Below are positions 24,443-38,677 of a stretch of DNA of 64,000 nucleotides, piece by piece. The position numbers and the translations under genes were made by a program. Numbering within the stretch: position 1 is the stretch's first letter; each line of letters begins with the position of its first letter. The notes under the pieces were generated by a model. That model was not told where the DNA came from and searched no databases. It worked only from the letters and a program-made list of their open reading frames with translations. This DNA is from Octopus vulgaris (Eukaryota), in the NCBI GenBank assembly GCA_951406725.2, contig OX597815.1:29450001-29514000 (forward strand). Reading direction: 5' to 3'.

Positions 24443-26429
24443 GTAAACCAAGATCAAGACCTGAAGAATTGGCCTGAAAACTTCGTTAATAGTGTAAAGT
24501 TTCTTTAAACTGTATCAAATTAGGGTTTGGAGAATAATTTCTCCAATGTTCAGATGAAGACTGTTTTTGAAAAAGGATAAAAAATTTTATGTGTCCAAAG
24601 TGCAGGAGAGTATGTCTATGCTCTCAATCAAAGACAAATTTTCTCACTCCTGGAAATTTACTTGAAAACTTAAGAAACTTAACATCACACACTCATGTGC
24701 ATGTGTATGAGAGAGTGTCTATATCTTCATGCAACTACATAAACAGTTAAAACAATTAGCAAAAGTGTAATACAAGCTACCAAGTCATATTTGCTTGCAA
24801 GTGATTGCTAAAGTTTAATACACACACACATACACACATATGTACATAAGAGAAATTTCAAAATGAACTGACCTACATATGCTGACAGAAGCAATGTCTT
24901 GTGACTATTTTTTTGATAACAACTACAATGGCCTCTGCTCCTCATAGCCAGTTGACTGTCTACCACCTCCTCTCAAATCAGCCAGACACATCTATTTCTT
25001 CTCTTGTTAGCTGGTCTCTCTCTTCTCTCTCAGGCTCCCTATTGACTATTATGTCAAATGGTTGATAGTCAGAACATCAGCCTTCAAGATTTCCCTTGCC
25101 AACCATATTTTTTCTGCAGACATTGACTTACAGATGTTCAAGCTGATAACCAACCACGTGCATCCTTCTAGCATCAAAGGTTCACCAAGGTTCATGAGTA
25201 TGGGCTCTTCATCATCATCTTCATCACCATCATTTTACATCTGCTTTCCATGCTGGTAGGTGTTGAACAGGTCATAAGTGTGTGAGTCAGTTGTTATTTG
25301 GTATGACTGCTTTCCTAGGCTAATCAGAGGACCACATCTTGTTTGTATGTTTCATTTTTGGCTTGGATTCTTGAGCTGGATACTCATCCTATCACCAATC
25401 ACTTTAAAAACAACATTATTGGTCTGCAAAAGATTACTTCACAAGCAAATGGTTCTGGGTTTAATTTCACTGAGTGGCACCTTGAATGTGCTTAATCATA
25501 TCCTCAGGTTAACCAATGCTTTGTGAGTGAAATTTTCTAGATGGAAACTCTGTGTGTGTGTGTATACATACATATGTATATCTTTTCTGATGCACATAGC
25601 AAGAAAATTGATAAAATGGTGTGTGCAAAAGAAACATCTGACAATAATTATTCTATTGGAGAAGCACACACATTTTCTTGTCACTTTCAGTGTTGAAAAT
25701 GCATTGAACCAGTGATTAGTTCATTGTATAACTATAAAGATGCAATAGGTCACAAGATGATGAATGTTATAAAAGAAGAAAGAACATTTTAAATGTTGCC
25801 CTGCACATAGCTGTGTGTGTGTGTGTGTACAAGTATTGGGGATGGGAAAAAAAATGTAGTCACTACGACTGTGACAGGAGACACAAATTCTCTATTTACA
25901 AACCACCACATTCTGTATCAAATCACACATTGTGTATTTACTGTATTTACATCCCATCCCTAGAAAATTTCTGAATCTACTTGGGTAACTGAAAGAGACT
26001 ATAGTTATACATTTATCAACAACATATAAATGCACACACATATGTGCTGGCAGGTCACTGAAAATATTAAACATAAAATATCACACACATCAAACATGTA
26101 GAGTATGAAAATGTATGTTTATTAAAATAAATAAAATGAGTTATATGAATGGATGTCTAAATAATGAGTGCACCACAGCACAAATTATTTATTTATATAC
26201 TTCCATAAATAATATACTACTAGCACTATCCTCCTATTTATATTACATTTTTTGGATAACTACCATAACACTACTGCAGTTATTGTTGCTGTTATTGCTG
26301 CTGCTGCTGCTGTTAATATTACAACTTGCCACTAGCAAGTGTAGTACTAATAGTAGTAGTAGTAGTAGTAGTAGTAGTAGAAGTAGTAGTAAGAGCAGTA
26401 GTAGTTGTAAATAGTTCCTTAGTTTATCT

Positions 26430-26840
26430 TTTATCTTGCACTTGTTTCAGTCACTAGAATGCGACCATGCTGGGGCACTGCCTTGATGAATTTTAGTTGA
26501 ATGATTCAACCTCAGTACTTATTTTTTTTTAAAGCCTGCACTTATTTCTATTGGTTTCTTTTGCTGAACAGCTAAGTTACAGGGTCATAAACACACCAAC
26601 ACAAGTTGTCAGGCAGTGTTGGTGGGCACACACACACATACACACACACACACATATATATATACACACACACATATACACACACAATGGGTTTCTCTCA
26701 GTTTCCATCTACCAAATTTGCTCACAAAGCTTTTGTCAGTTGAAGGCTATAGTAGAAAATACTTGCCCAAGGTGCCAAGCAGTGGGGCTGAACCCAGAAC
26801 CATGTGGTTGGGAAGCAAACTTCTTACCACACACCTATGC
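26430..26840 (-). mobile_element. SINE family A
   Basis: Full-length homolog of 490-875. Confidence 0.85.
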
Positions 26841-27710
26841 CTTTATTTTTTAAATATCATTGATAAGGAGCACAAGCCCATTTTTTTTCCAAGACATGAT
26901 GGTGCTATTGCTAGTTTAATTGATTTCAGTATATTACTGGTACTTATTTTTATTTTCAACAAGGTCCAAAGATATAATAGATAAAGTCAACCTATGCAGG
27001 ATTTGAACTTATAAACATAATCTATGAGTATGTATGTGAGTGGTGGTGGTGGTGGTGGTGGTGAGGGTAGATGACTGTATGAAAGAAATGTATGGCATTT
27101 GGACTGGTTTACTATTTCTGCCAACTTTCCTCCTTCAAGCTGTAGTAGTTACAATAATAATAATAATGATGCAATAACGTAATAAACAATCTATTAGCAA
27201 CAGTAGTAGTGGTGGTCATTGTACTTCGGTTGGAAAAGAGCTGTGATAATACAACTGTATTCTACTGTGTGTAATTGACTGTTCTGATTTCCAGTAGAAA
27301 TATGTGTTAGGAGTGGTAGAAGTGAAAGTGATAAGGCAACAATGACATACATACATACATTATAGATGTATACACATACGTGCAGCATTCACACACCCAC
27401 CTAAATCTTCAAATTCAAAACAAGGATCTCCAGAACACAGCATGCATGTGACTAGCTAAATAGGTTAATGGATTTGGTGGGTAGGTGAGTCAGAAGACAT
27501 CTTGGGGTGTGGCTAAGCAATTCATGAATTCATGAATGAAACAAACAGGTTAAGCTGAAAATAATAAATCACTTAACAACAGGTCCTCCAATCAAATAAC
27601 AACTGGTATTAAGTATTTTATGATCTTGGTTTCTACTAAAATATGCTATCAGCTTTGATAGCCTACAAAATGTAAGAAATGTTTACATGGAAGACATTAG
27701 TTTCAGTATA

Positions 27711-28035
27711 AAGGGTAAAGACCACCTTCGGTCATGAACGACCATGGGATTGCTTCTAGAAAGTTACCCTTCGAGGTACAAGTCCGGGCAAAGTTGTTTA
27801 TTGAAGAGCAGCAGTTGGCCATGCATACCAGCCTCCCTTCTCCATGCCACTGATGTTACCCAAGAGAAAGGCAAAGGCTGATACAGCTTGGCAGCCGTGA
27901 CAATGCAACTCATTCCTACTGCTGAATGAACTGAAGCAACATGAAATAAAGTGTCTTGCTCAAGAACACAACACACAGCCCAGTTCAGGAACCAAACTCA
28001 TTCTAACCCAACACTCTAACTATTGAGCCATGCCT
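27711..28035 (-). mobile_element. tRNA-derived SINE, family C
   Basis: Minus head GCATGGCTCAATAGTTAGAGTGTTGGG...TGTGTTCTTGAGCAAGACACTTTATTTCA. A second copy lies at 28933-29245. Confidence 0.85.
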
Positions 28036-28287
28036 GATGTTCTAACTATTGGCATTAATTTTTGGGAGGGTCATCACACCAATAATGAATACATGCATTG
28101 GTTCTATATCACTTTTATTGTTATTGTCAGTAAATTGGTTAACATGTAACCAATTAGCTAATCATTTAGTCAATCAATCAGCTAAGTTTGTCAAAGTCCT
28201 TTCATTGCCATTTGTGACCTCATCAATGACATGTCCTTTCTTCTCTAGATCTGCTTCAGGTCTGTCTTCTGGTATTATTTTAATGAT

Positions 28288-28683
28288 CGTTGACAGAGCA
28301 GCTAACCAGCTTCTGTGTCAGTGGCACATAAAAGGCACCATTCGAGTGTGATCATTACCAGCGTCGCCTTACTGCACTCGAGCCCTGTGCTAGTAGGGAG
28401 TTAAGAGCACCATCTGAGCATGATCGTTGCCAGAGCGGCCATCTGGCCTCCGTGCTGGTGGCACGTAAAAGACACCATTGAAGCGTGATCGTTATCAGCA
28501 TCGCCTTACTGGCACATAAAAGCACCCACTACACTCTCAGAGTGGTTGGCGTTAGGAAGGGCATCCAGCTGTAGAAACTCTGCCAGATCAAGATTGAAGC
28601 CTGGTGCAGCCATCTGGTTCACCAGCCCTAAGTCAAATCGTCTAACCCATGGAAAGCGGATGTTAAACGATGATGATGATGAT
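28288..28683 (+). mobile_element. RTE 3' UTR copy with tandem subrepeats
   Basis: Repeated GATCGTT.CCAG...GGCAC.TAAAA.GCACCATT units, then the common tail and (GAT)n. Related to 56970-57492. Confidence 0.85.
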
Positions 28684-28684
28684 G

Positions 28685-28902
28685 TACTAGGGGGTGCTGA
28701 AAAGTTCCTGGCTTTGGGTAAAAGAAAATACACAAGGACCAGTTAATTATGATTCTATTCAACATATTCCCCTCTCAGATTCACACACTTATTGCAGCAG
28801 TCCTTCAGTCCTAAGCCCTGTAAAAGAACTCGGAAGGTTGGGCCTTCAGTCAGGCCTTTCATGATACCCTTAAAGCCAAGAACTTTTCAGCACCCTCTCG
28901 TA
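28685..28902. mobile_element. Mariner-type MITE
   Basis: TIRs GGGGGTGCTGAAAAGTTCCTGGCTTT / AAAGCCAAGAACTTTTCAGCACCCTC, with TA on both flanks. Confidence 0.85.
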
Positions 28903-28932
28903 TTTGCCCTGTCTCTTATTTACAGAGTGTAA

Positions 28933-29245
28933 AAGGGTAAAGACCCCCTTCAGTCATGAATGACCATGGATTGCACCTTGAAAGTTACCCTCTGAGGCAA
29001 AAGTCTATGCAAGGTTGCTTATGGAAGACCAGCAGTCACCCATGCATACCAGCCTCCCCTCTCCATGCCACCAATGTTATCCAAGGCAAAGACTGATACA
29101 GCTTGGCACCTGTGACATCGCAACTCATTTCTACAGCTGAGTGAACTGGAGCAACATGAAATAAAGTGTCTTGCTCAAGAACACAACACACAGCCTGGCC
29201 TGGGAACTGAACTCATTACCTCATGATTGTGAACCCAACACTCTT
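28933..29245 (-). mobile_element. SINE family C
   Basis: Direct homolog of 27711-28035. Confidence 0.85.
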
Positions 29246-31867
29246 ACTTACAGAAGATTACTCTAAATGAGACAGAGGTTTTGAAATTCACAATGGAATA
29301 GTGATGATCCCCAGCAAAAATAAGTCACTTAACAGATTGGTATGGAATTGCTTACCAATATATTCCGACTTAAACCAATATAATAGGCAAGTTGCTCCTT
29401 CCTTTTCTAACTGCAACAACAGAGCTTTCATGCTACTTCCAACCAGGTCTACACATCTCACTTGTCTCCCCTCCTTTTGTCATCCACCCAGGTCCTGCAC
29501 AAATGGCTGTATCCAAACTTTCCGTCCAAGGAAATCACTCTTCTGAAATCCCTCTCCCAATGTGTCTATATTTTTGCTGTAGTCATTGACTTGTGGTAGT
29601 TTAAAAACAAACATCAACCACATTGATTTCACCAGTTTCAGAGGGCCTCATTGGTCCAAATCAAATCATTAAAAAAATATGAAATAGAAAAATAAATAAC
29701 TACATAACATTTATTTGATTTGATATAAAGTTTAAATATTGAGATGAGGTTTAAATGGCTTACAGCAATATAAATACTTGTATATTTGTTTGTGGATTTT
29801 GCTAAACTGCAGGTCAGCCATAATTAAACAGACCTATGATGAAAGACATTCCTGCTGTAGCCACTATGACTTTTTTAGGCATAATGTATCCAGGTCATTG
29901 TACAATGTGTCCTTCATTTTTGAAGAAGGTAGAGTATGAAACAAGAAAGATTTAGTTACTATTTCTGATAAGTAATCACATGAAGGTTTTGATGCAGGTT
30001 CAATCTCTATTTATTTACTCATTCTGATGGTAAGGTGAACTGGAGAGGGATTTGAACTCAAATAAAGGCTTTCTATCATCTTCTTTTCTTTTTTTTTTTT
30101 GTAATGGGATGTGGGAAAATGACATCAAAGTTAAGATACTAGACAACTGACTTCATGATCAATATCCATTATATATACAGTATTGTCTGCATCCCTGCAC
30201 AAGACACATAGCTCTGCTTGCCTCGGTTTGTCTGACTAACAGCAAAATCTACTTGGAGTAGATTAACAACAACAAAGGAAGAACACAGTAATATAAACAA
30301 TTTCTTTAACAAAAACAGTTCAACTGATAAAAGCATAGAAAAATTCAGAATGAAATACCAAAAAAGAGTGGTGGTAATGGTGAGGATAGAAAAAAAACAA
30401 TTAAATTCAGAATATTGCTGGTACTTACTGTACCTCCATAACTTTGAGTGGAAAATATTAAGTCATCTCTGACACTGATGGTAAATAGATCTCTTTCGTT
30501 CCTTCTTGCTTGGTTGGCAAACACGTGATCATATACACATACACTCTCTCTCCACCCACTACAAGCTTGTTTACTTCCTCTTTCTCTCTCCTCTTATAAG
30601 CTTCTGCAGAGAGAAATTAGTGCTATAGTAAACAGTCTATTTATATGTTTGTCAAAATGGTGATGTTACTGCTCCAGAGTTTTCCATTGTCTCCCTTTGG
30701 AACCAGAATGATAAGCATTCAGCTTGTTATTACTAGTATTACAAACATGTCAGTTGACTGCAAGCCTCTTATCTCACTTCTTGCACCCATTGTGTGTACC
30801 CATAGCAGCATATCACCTGACAAGGAGAGCAGCAATTCACATACCAACTAAAAGAACAGTAACTCTGAATTCAAATCTGGAAGTAATTGCATTCAGCAAG
30901 GAATTTAATGAGTAGGTATCCATCAAGGATCAATTCTCCTCTTGCTCTGTTGTTTATTATAGTTCTCTTGACCACAACAAGAATGTCTTGTTTGCTATTA
31001 AATTAGTCTTCTTAGCGAAATATGGCAAAGATTTTGAGAAGAATTTTCAAATGTAGAAGATTGGAACCAAGAAACCTCAAAATAAAATTAACAAAGACAA
31101 ACATTTTAGTGAACAAGAAAGACAATATCTCTTCTGCAATTAGGGGAAGCGGTCATACCTAACAAGCAGAACAGTAGTAGATAAGAATTTCATACAGTAA
31201 ACCCCATATAAATTGTAGGTATACAAGAGATGCAGTGGATCACAAACAGGCAGGTAAAAAAAAAAAAAAAACTATATATGAGGCATGTACACAGATGTAG
31301 TTAGCAGTAAGAGCATTTGTGAAGTAAACTCTTGCATGATGTTTGTCTATGAAGTGTGATGTTGACTGGTGAAGAAACATAGGTACTGAAAGCAGAGGTA
31401 GATGCAAAGATGAGATAGAAATGAAGTTAATGGAAGTTTGCATGAATGATGGAGTACAAATGAGTTGAGAGAAAAACTGGATGCAAGAGAAAATAGATGT
31501 AACATGCAAGGGAGGAAACAAGACAGGTAACTGAACTGTTATTGGCATATGATGTGTATGGAGGACAACAGCTGGAGAAAAAAGTACTGAAGTAATTTGT
31601 GGAACATGGAACACCAAGGAAGAAATGGGTAGAAACTATGAAAGGTATTTTTAGGAAGGAGATGATGAGTGATCAAAACATGTAGTAAGACATGTTCAAA
31701 TCAGGAAGGCATAGTAAAAGGGATCCAAAAATAATGATGATGATTACTTTAATTCTAAAACTATTGAAACGTAAGAAGCATAAATAAAGTTTTCTTTGAA
31801 TGAGATGCTAAATAGTTGAAATCATCATCATCATCATCATTTAGGAATAGTTAGGAGTAGTTAGGAA

Positions 31868-31916
31868 TCTAAATCGTAGGAGACAGACACACAACTTCAC
31901 TTTTATATATAAAGAT
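31868..31916 (-). mobile_element. Helitron-like 5' end fragment
   Basis: Minus strand A|TCTTTATATATAAAAGTGAAGTTGTGTGTCTGTC resembles the 5' end of the element at 46979. Confidence 0.5.
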
Positions 31917-32360
31917 TATCCAAGGATACAAAGGCAATACTTGCAAGGTAGTAAAAACTATTTATAAAAAACAGGACAGTTACTGAAAGTAAGTAAATAC
32001 AGCAATTAATTCAATTTATACAATTTATACACTCATTGCACAAGCATTGTCTTGATTTGTGCAGGTTGTCAAACATTCTCAAAGAGAGTTACAAATAATT
32101 ATGCACTCGGAAAATGTAGCAGAATGCTTGCATATGTCCAAAATCTGAGAAACATAGTTCTCTACCATCTGTGTAGAGCTATTTGGAAATGAGTGAAGGG
32201 AAGGCATTTTTTTATATATTCTTTACAGACTTTTATTATCAAATTGCAGTATTGTTGGGGCACAGCTTTCAAGGATTTGAACTGATTTTATCAACTCCAG
32301 AACTTCAGTTTAATATTTATTTTATTGATTTATTGAATTGCTATGGACACAGACACGCAA

Positions 32361-32391
<31 letters not shown>

Positions 32392-32764
32392 GTACTAAGA
32401 CAATTCATCATTGATCAATTCACTGACAAGTCAATTCATCATCTGTAAATTCATTGCCAGTTTGATTTGTTGTTAGTCAATATATTGGCAGGTCAATTTT
32501 TCTTCAGTATCTCTAGGTGCAGACATAGTTGTGTGGTTGAGAAGGTTACTTCCCATCCACACGGCTTTGGGTTCAGTCTCACAGCATAGTACCACTATAG
32601 TCCTATGCCAACTAAAGTGCTGTAAATGGATTTTGGTAGATGGAAACTGAAAGAAGTCTGTTGTATGTGAGTGTCCATCTTGACATGTCATGTGTGTATA
32701 AGAGTGTTATCATCATATAAGTGGCATCATTTACTCATAATCTCCCATTTATTTATTCCTTATT

Positions 32765-33115
32765 CTTTTACTTGTTTCAATCATTTGACTGTGGCCATGC
32801 TGAAGCATCACTTTTAGTTGAACAAGTCGACTCCAGGACTTATTATTTGTAAACCTAGTACTTATTCTATTGGTTTTGTCGAACTGCTACATTACAAGGA
32901 TGTAAACACATCAAAATTGGTTGTCAAGTAATGGGGGAGCGACAAACACAGACACACAAATGCATATATAAAAACAATGGGCTTCTTTCAGTTTCCATCT
33001 ACCAAATCTACTCACAAGGCTTTGGTTGGCCCAAGGCTATAGAAGACACTTGCCCAAGGTTCCACGCAGTGGGACTGAACCCAGAAATATGTGGTTGGGA
33101 AGCAAGCTTCTTACA
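32765..33115 (-). mobile_element. SINE family A
   Basis: Homolog of 490-875. An opposite-orientation partial copy lies at about 32520-32690. Confidence 0.85.
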
Positions 33116-34151
33116 AACATCATTTTAATATCTTTTTGCATGGCTCTGTCAGAATTTGCTAACTGGATGTCCTTTGTGTTGCCAATTCTTGCCTGTTTCC
33201 AAGTAAAGTAATATTTCCTCATAGTCAGAAATATTTCCATGGAAGACTGGAAACATGACACCACTTGTATGACAGTTATTCCCCTTTACAACTATCATAT
33301 AATGTCAAGACAAGGAGATACCCCACTACACACACATAAGTAGGCTTCTTCCACTTTTCCTCTACCAAATCCACTCACAAAGTTTAAGTTGGATAGGGGC
33401 TATAGTGGACAACACTTGCTCAAGGAGTCATGTAGTAGAACTGAATATGAAACCATGTTAGTTGGGAAGTGAACATTTTAACCATACTGTCATGCCTACA
33501 CCTGTGATTTGTTGTACACAGATGTATACTGTTCAAACATACACACTTTGACCATTAAATACAGGTATAAACCAGGCAATGTGAAATACAATTTCATTGG
33601 CAGCCACTCAAGACAGTGAAAGCTAACATTGGAAATTGAGCACTTTTGCTCATTGAAGCAAGGAGTTATTGTTTGGTGAAAATATCCGAATAAGTACAAA
33701 GTAGTTTATCAGGAATGGTATGGAGAAAGTTATTGAATTGTATAGAAAACTTTAATAGATTTACGAATGATATTGAATAGACAATTTAAATGAATGGCAT
33801 ATTTTTACATGCCACCATTTTCAGTGTACAGAATGGATTTTTGTAAGTGGAGGCAGAGGGGTCTACTATTCCTCTATTACTACATTTTATGCTCACAGAG
33901 GATCTACTTCTCTCTGATATTTTTGTTTTGTAATGAATGAATAGTGTTATTATAAAGTATTAAATTAGCAACAAAAATAAAGACCAAACAGCTTTAGAAA
34001 AAGTGATAGAAATTAATTTATATTCCAATTTTGCAAAAATATTAATAAAGGAATGAAAAAAGATGAATAAAGAAATTAAACAAAAACAAAGAACAAAATT
34101 GACAAACGAAATAAAAAAGAAATTAAAAGGAATAATTGTACTCACATTCAT

Positions 34152-34184
<33 letters not shown>

Positions 34185-35059
34185 TGTGTAATGTGAGTGT
34201 GTGTGCGTGTATGCAATTCTTACATTATAATACACACAAGCTTACATATTTGAAAACATAAACCTACATTTTGGAGATTGAATGAAAACTGGTCATTACT
34301 TGCAGGCAAGAAATTTTGGTGAAATTCGGGCAAGGAGGAAATGTGAATTGTTTTGCTCTGGATAGACTTAGTTAATGAGCATTGTCAGAAGCGAAAATGA
34401 AAATGCTTTGTCATAGAGTTAGGAGGTGTGTGACTTGCTTTTCAAATAATATCTATTTATTACTAACAATACAGCACTAAGAAGACACTTTCATGTGTTG
34501 AAAATATTTTGTTGGTATTGTTGGTTAGTAATATTATAACTGTGTTCATAGCATATATCTATAACATAGCTTCAAACAGCTGTTTTATATACGTACACAC
34601 TAACACACATTAAGATTCAAGAATGTGTGTATGTGTGTGTGTGTGCATATATATGTATATATGTGTATATGTATGTATATGTGTATATATGTATGTTTGG
34701 ATATGTATATATTATCAATATTGAAGGGAAAAGAAAATGGAGAAAAAATGGATGTATGAATAATTTATTTGTATGTTATAAAATGATGAAAAAGTTACTG
34801 CCAAGTTTTCACATTTTTAGTCTTGACCCAATGCCTATTTTTTACATTATGAATTTGCCTACCATATATACTATTCTATTTTGCATAAAACTTTAGCTAT
34901 ATTGGTACTTCTGGCTCTCATTTTTTAAGTATTTTAGCGTGTCAATATTTTAAAAAAATGACGACACCTTTTTTAATTATAATGTTACTTTGTAAATTAA
35001 AATCAAATATTCTTTAATATTCAAATTTTATCCTTAGCTGCAATATTTTAAGTAAAATT

Positions 35060-35150
35060 TTCTTGTTCTGTACTTTACCAGGTGTAATAACTTGTTCTGA
35101 ACTTTTCCAAGTGTTATAACTTGTCCTGTACTTTTCTATGTTTATAATCT
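35060..35150 (+). repeat. Short tandem repeat, ~29 bp x3
   Basis: CTTGTTCTGTACTTTACCAGGTGTAATAA / CTTGTTCTGAACTTTTCCAAGTGTTATAA / CTTGTCCTGTACTTTTCTATGTTTATAA. Confidence 0.85.
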
Positions 35151-36734
35151 TAGGAATATTATTTTTCTTGCTTGCATTTCTCCATGTAATCCATATTTTT
35201 CCCAGGCTATGCTACTATCCTAATTAATAATGTGTCAAATGTGTCAATTAGCTGTGTCGTTGATAATTTTTTCCTTACCTCAATGATGCCGGTGACATAT
35301 ATTAAAAGTGTGTGTGTGTGACACACACACATCATATATATCATCATCATCATTTAACATCTGTTTTCTGTGCTGGCATGGGTTAGATGGTTTGACAGGA
35401 GAGCTGCATCTAAGTGCATGCATGTGCTGTATGTACCTTCCCTTGAAATAATTGGCTTTCATGCTGCAATGTCACTGGATGATGTGAGTGTGGCTCTGTA
35501 GACTACAGGCCTTGAGAGGCAGGATCCTCCTAGAGGGCAGCTAGCAGGAGTAGCTCACCTTGACTTTATGTAGGTTGAAGAGCTTGTAGTGCTTGTGGCC
35601 CCTACATGTATATATGTGTAATGCATTGCATATCTACAGTCTCATTGTCATGGCTGATATGCTTTAATTATATGTCTGCCTGATCAAGGTCAATATGGGG
35701 CTAAACAACAACAAGCACAGCCAGTAGTAGGTCAGTGTATATAAAGATTAAGAGATTAAAATTGAACTTAGAAATTTTCAGATTAGTTCTACTAAGATTG
35801 GATCTCAAATGGTGCAACTCCAAACTAGACAGCATCTTACCTGGGTTTGCTTTCTGCACTAACACTACACTGGTATTATTAAACAAATGTTGCTATTGTG
35901 TCACATGAACAGCCAATGAAATCACTAGTTATATATATATATATATATATATTATTTTCAAAATTAATTTGTACATTACTTTTGCTGAAATGTACTCAGA
36001 TATTGAACTTTTAAATAAGGAGTGTATAGCTATTTTGACTGGGAAAAAATAAACAAAAAACTATGGCTGCCAATAATAAACAGTCAAATAACCTGCAGAT
36101 TAATTAGAATTTAAACAAAATATTGAATTTGATAATTGATAATTGATAAATGTCTTCATATTTACCACAGATGCTACAATAAACTGTCGACAAGAATACA
36201 AGAAAACATATGCATGTGTGTGAGTGTGCCTATGATTGTGTATATGTATGTGTGTATGCATATATGTGTGTATGTATATCACACACTCAAGCCAATATCA
36301 CTAGCAATACATACATAACAATACACACTCAGACACACTAGAGACACAGCCAAAGAAAACAGATACATACTAATGAGACAGCTAATGAAACACATGCACA
36401 TATACTGGAAACAGCTCCAGAATACACTCACATTGGAAACACACTGACAGAAATGCACACTCGCACAAACATGTGAAATGGTCACAGAAACACAAAGAAA
36501 CATAGGAATGGAATCTATAGAAATACAGACACGCTACAGACATGGCTACATAAATACACATACAGAGTAGAGAGATTTATAAAAACACATACACAAAAAT
36601 AATATGTAAAATGCAAATAACTTAATCACAGAATGTTTTGCACATTGAATAAAATATATGGATGATGGTAAATGGATGCCTATGAGGAGTTGTGTGTGCG
36701 TGTGCATGTGTGTGTGTATGTATGTATGTATGTA

Positions 36735-37065
36735 TGTTCCGGGTTCAGTCCCACTGCGTGGCATCTTGGGCAAGTGTCTTCTGCTACAGCCCCGGGCCAA
36801 CCAATGCCTTGTGAGTGGATTTGGTAGACGGAAACTGAAAGAAGCCTGTCGTATATATGTATATATATATGTATGTATGTGTGTGTATGTGTTTGTGTGT
36901 CTGTGTTTGTCCCCCTAGCATTGCTTGACAACCGATGCTGGTGTGTTTACGTCCCCGTCACTTAGCGGTTCGGCAAAAGAGACCGATAGAATAAGTACTG
37001 GGCTTACAAAGAATAAGTCTAAAGGCAGTGCTCCAGCATGGCCGCAGTCAAAAACAAGTAAAAGA
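36735..37065 (+). mobile_element. SINE family A, young and slightly 5'-truncated
   Basis: GTTCCGGGTTCAGTCCCACTGCGTGGC...AAACAAGTAAAAGAG; CpGs are retained. Confidence 0.9.
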
Positions 37066-37066
37066 G

Positions 37067-37097
<31 letters not shown>

Positions 37098-37099
<2 letters not shown>

Positions 37100-37345
37100 C
37101 ATCATCATCATTGTTTAATGTCCACTGTCCATGCTGGCATGGACTGGAGGCTTTGACCAGGGCTGGTAAGCAGAGGCGCTGCTGCACCAGACTCCAGTCT
37201 GATTTGGCATGGTTTCTACAGCTTGATGCCCTTCTTAATGCCAACCACTCTGAGAGTGTAACAGGTGCTTTTACGTGCCACCAACACAGGTGCCAATAAT
37301 GTGACACCAGCATCAACCACATTGCCTCTGTGAAGCCCAATGCTT
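37098..37345 (-). mobile_element. RTE 3'-tail copy
   Basis: (CAT)n followed by the reverse complement of the common tail. Confidence 0.8.
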
Positions 37346-37388
37346 GAATACACACACACACATATTTATATATATATATATATATATA

Positions 37389-37765
37389 CTAGCTGAGTAG
37401 CCCATCATTGCTGGGCAATTTTCACAATAAAATGTCTGTATTTTCATTTTTTTTTTTATTCCATGTCTGACCATGTCTTTCCTGATAGATAGCTCTCTTG
37501 GTCAGGGTGGATTTTTACATTATTCGGGGTAATTTATAAATGCCTTGATAAACGAAATTTTTTATTTCTCCATCAGGTGCATAGATGTAAATATATTTCT
37601 TACTTCCTACTCTTGAACATGCAATGCAAAGCTGACCATGGGTGAAGCAGTGTTCTTCAAGGTGTAAACTGGCAACTGAAAATGTTTCTGCTTGTGATTT
37701 GTTGATGGTTTTAGGCAAAACTAAGACTCACTGGAAACTGAAGTTGTTTGAATTGAAGTGGGACA
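37389..37765 (-). mobile_element. Helitron 3' end (PIF1-like helicase C-terminus, terminal hairpin, CTAG)
   Basis: TINKSQAETFSVASLHLEEHCFTHGQLCIACSRV matches the Helitron TINKSQGQT...FSHGQLYVA.SRV motif. The minus strand ends GCCCAGCAATGATGGGC...CTAG|T. Confidence 0.92.
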
Positions 37766-38032
37766 TAGTCTCCAGAGTCTGTACATTGGAGGCTCGTCTG
37801 TGCTTATTATCTAATCAATAAATATTATGCCTGTTTGACAGAGACTCATGTTTGCATATCATCAGATCTACATATTCCTTCTCAGTTTGGATATTTCCTG
37901 AACTTTCTACTGATGTTTTGTACCTCCTGAGCTTGTGCTGATGCTTTTGTGAGGTGACTTTGTCAACCTCATGAACTTCCTCATACACATGCACTCACAT
38001 ACACACACACATATACAAACATACACAAACAC

Positions 38033-38257
38033 AGCGAGCTGGCAGAAACGTTAGCGTGCCGGGCGAAACGCTTAGTGGTAGTTCGTCTGACGTTACGTTC
38101 TGAGTTCAAATTCTGCCGAGGTAGACTTTGCCTTTCATCCTTTCGGGGTCGATAAATAAAGTGCCAATTTCGCACTGGGGTCGATGTAATTGACTTAATC
38201 CGTTTGTCTGTCCTTGTTTGTCCCCTCTATGTTTAGCCCCTTGTGGATAGTAAAGAA

Positions 38258-38258
<1 letters not shown>
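38033..38258 (+). mobile_element. SINE family B
   Basis: Near-identical to 1031-1263. Confidence 0.9.
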
Positions 38259-38288
<30 letters not shown>

Positions 38289-38301
38289 ATGTATATATAT
38301 A

Positions 38302-38621
38302 TTAGGTCATCCCATAAATAATGCAGTTTTTTCAATTGCATGAACTAAAAGTCAGAGGGGCACAGGATAGACTCCCTGCATCAGCTTGCTATAAAAGCAG
38401 GTAGCAATTTTACCGTATCCTTATTCATGGTGCAAGTTTTGAAGAGTGCAGTTCGATTTTAACAGTTATTTTTTCAAAGCTATAATGGAAATAACAAAGG
38501 AACATATTCGGCATATTTTGCTTTATGTGTTCAATAAAGGCAACAACACAATGAAAAGTGTGAGGAATATTAATGCTGTATATAAAAGAAGTATAAAAAA
38601 ACACATTATTTATGGGATAAT

Positions 38622-38625
<4 letters not shown>
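38302..38625 (+). mobile_element. Internally deleted mariner (MITE) in (TA)n
   Basis: TIRs TTAGGTCATCCCATAAATAATG / CATTATTTATGGGATAATCCTA. It retains the transposase N-terminus MEITKEHIRHILLYVFNKGNN and is the same family as 62610-63668. Confidence 0.9.
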
Positions 38626-38677
<52 letters not shown>

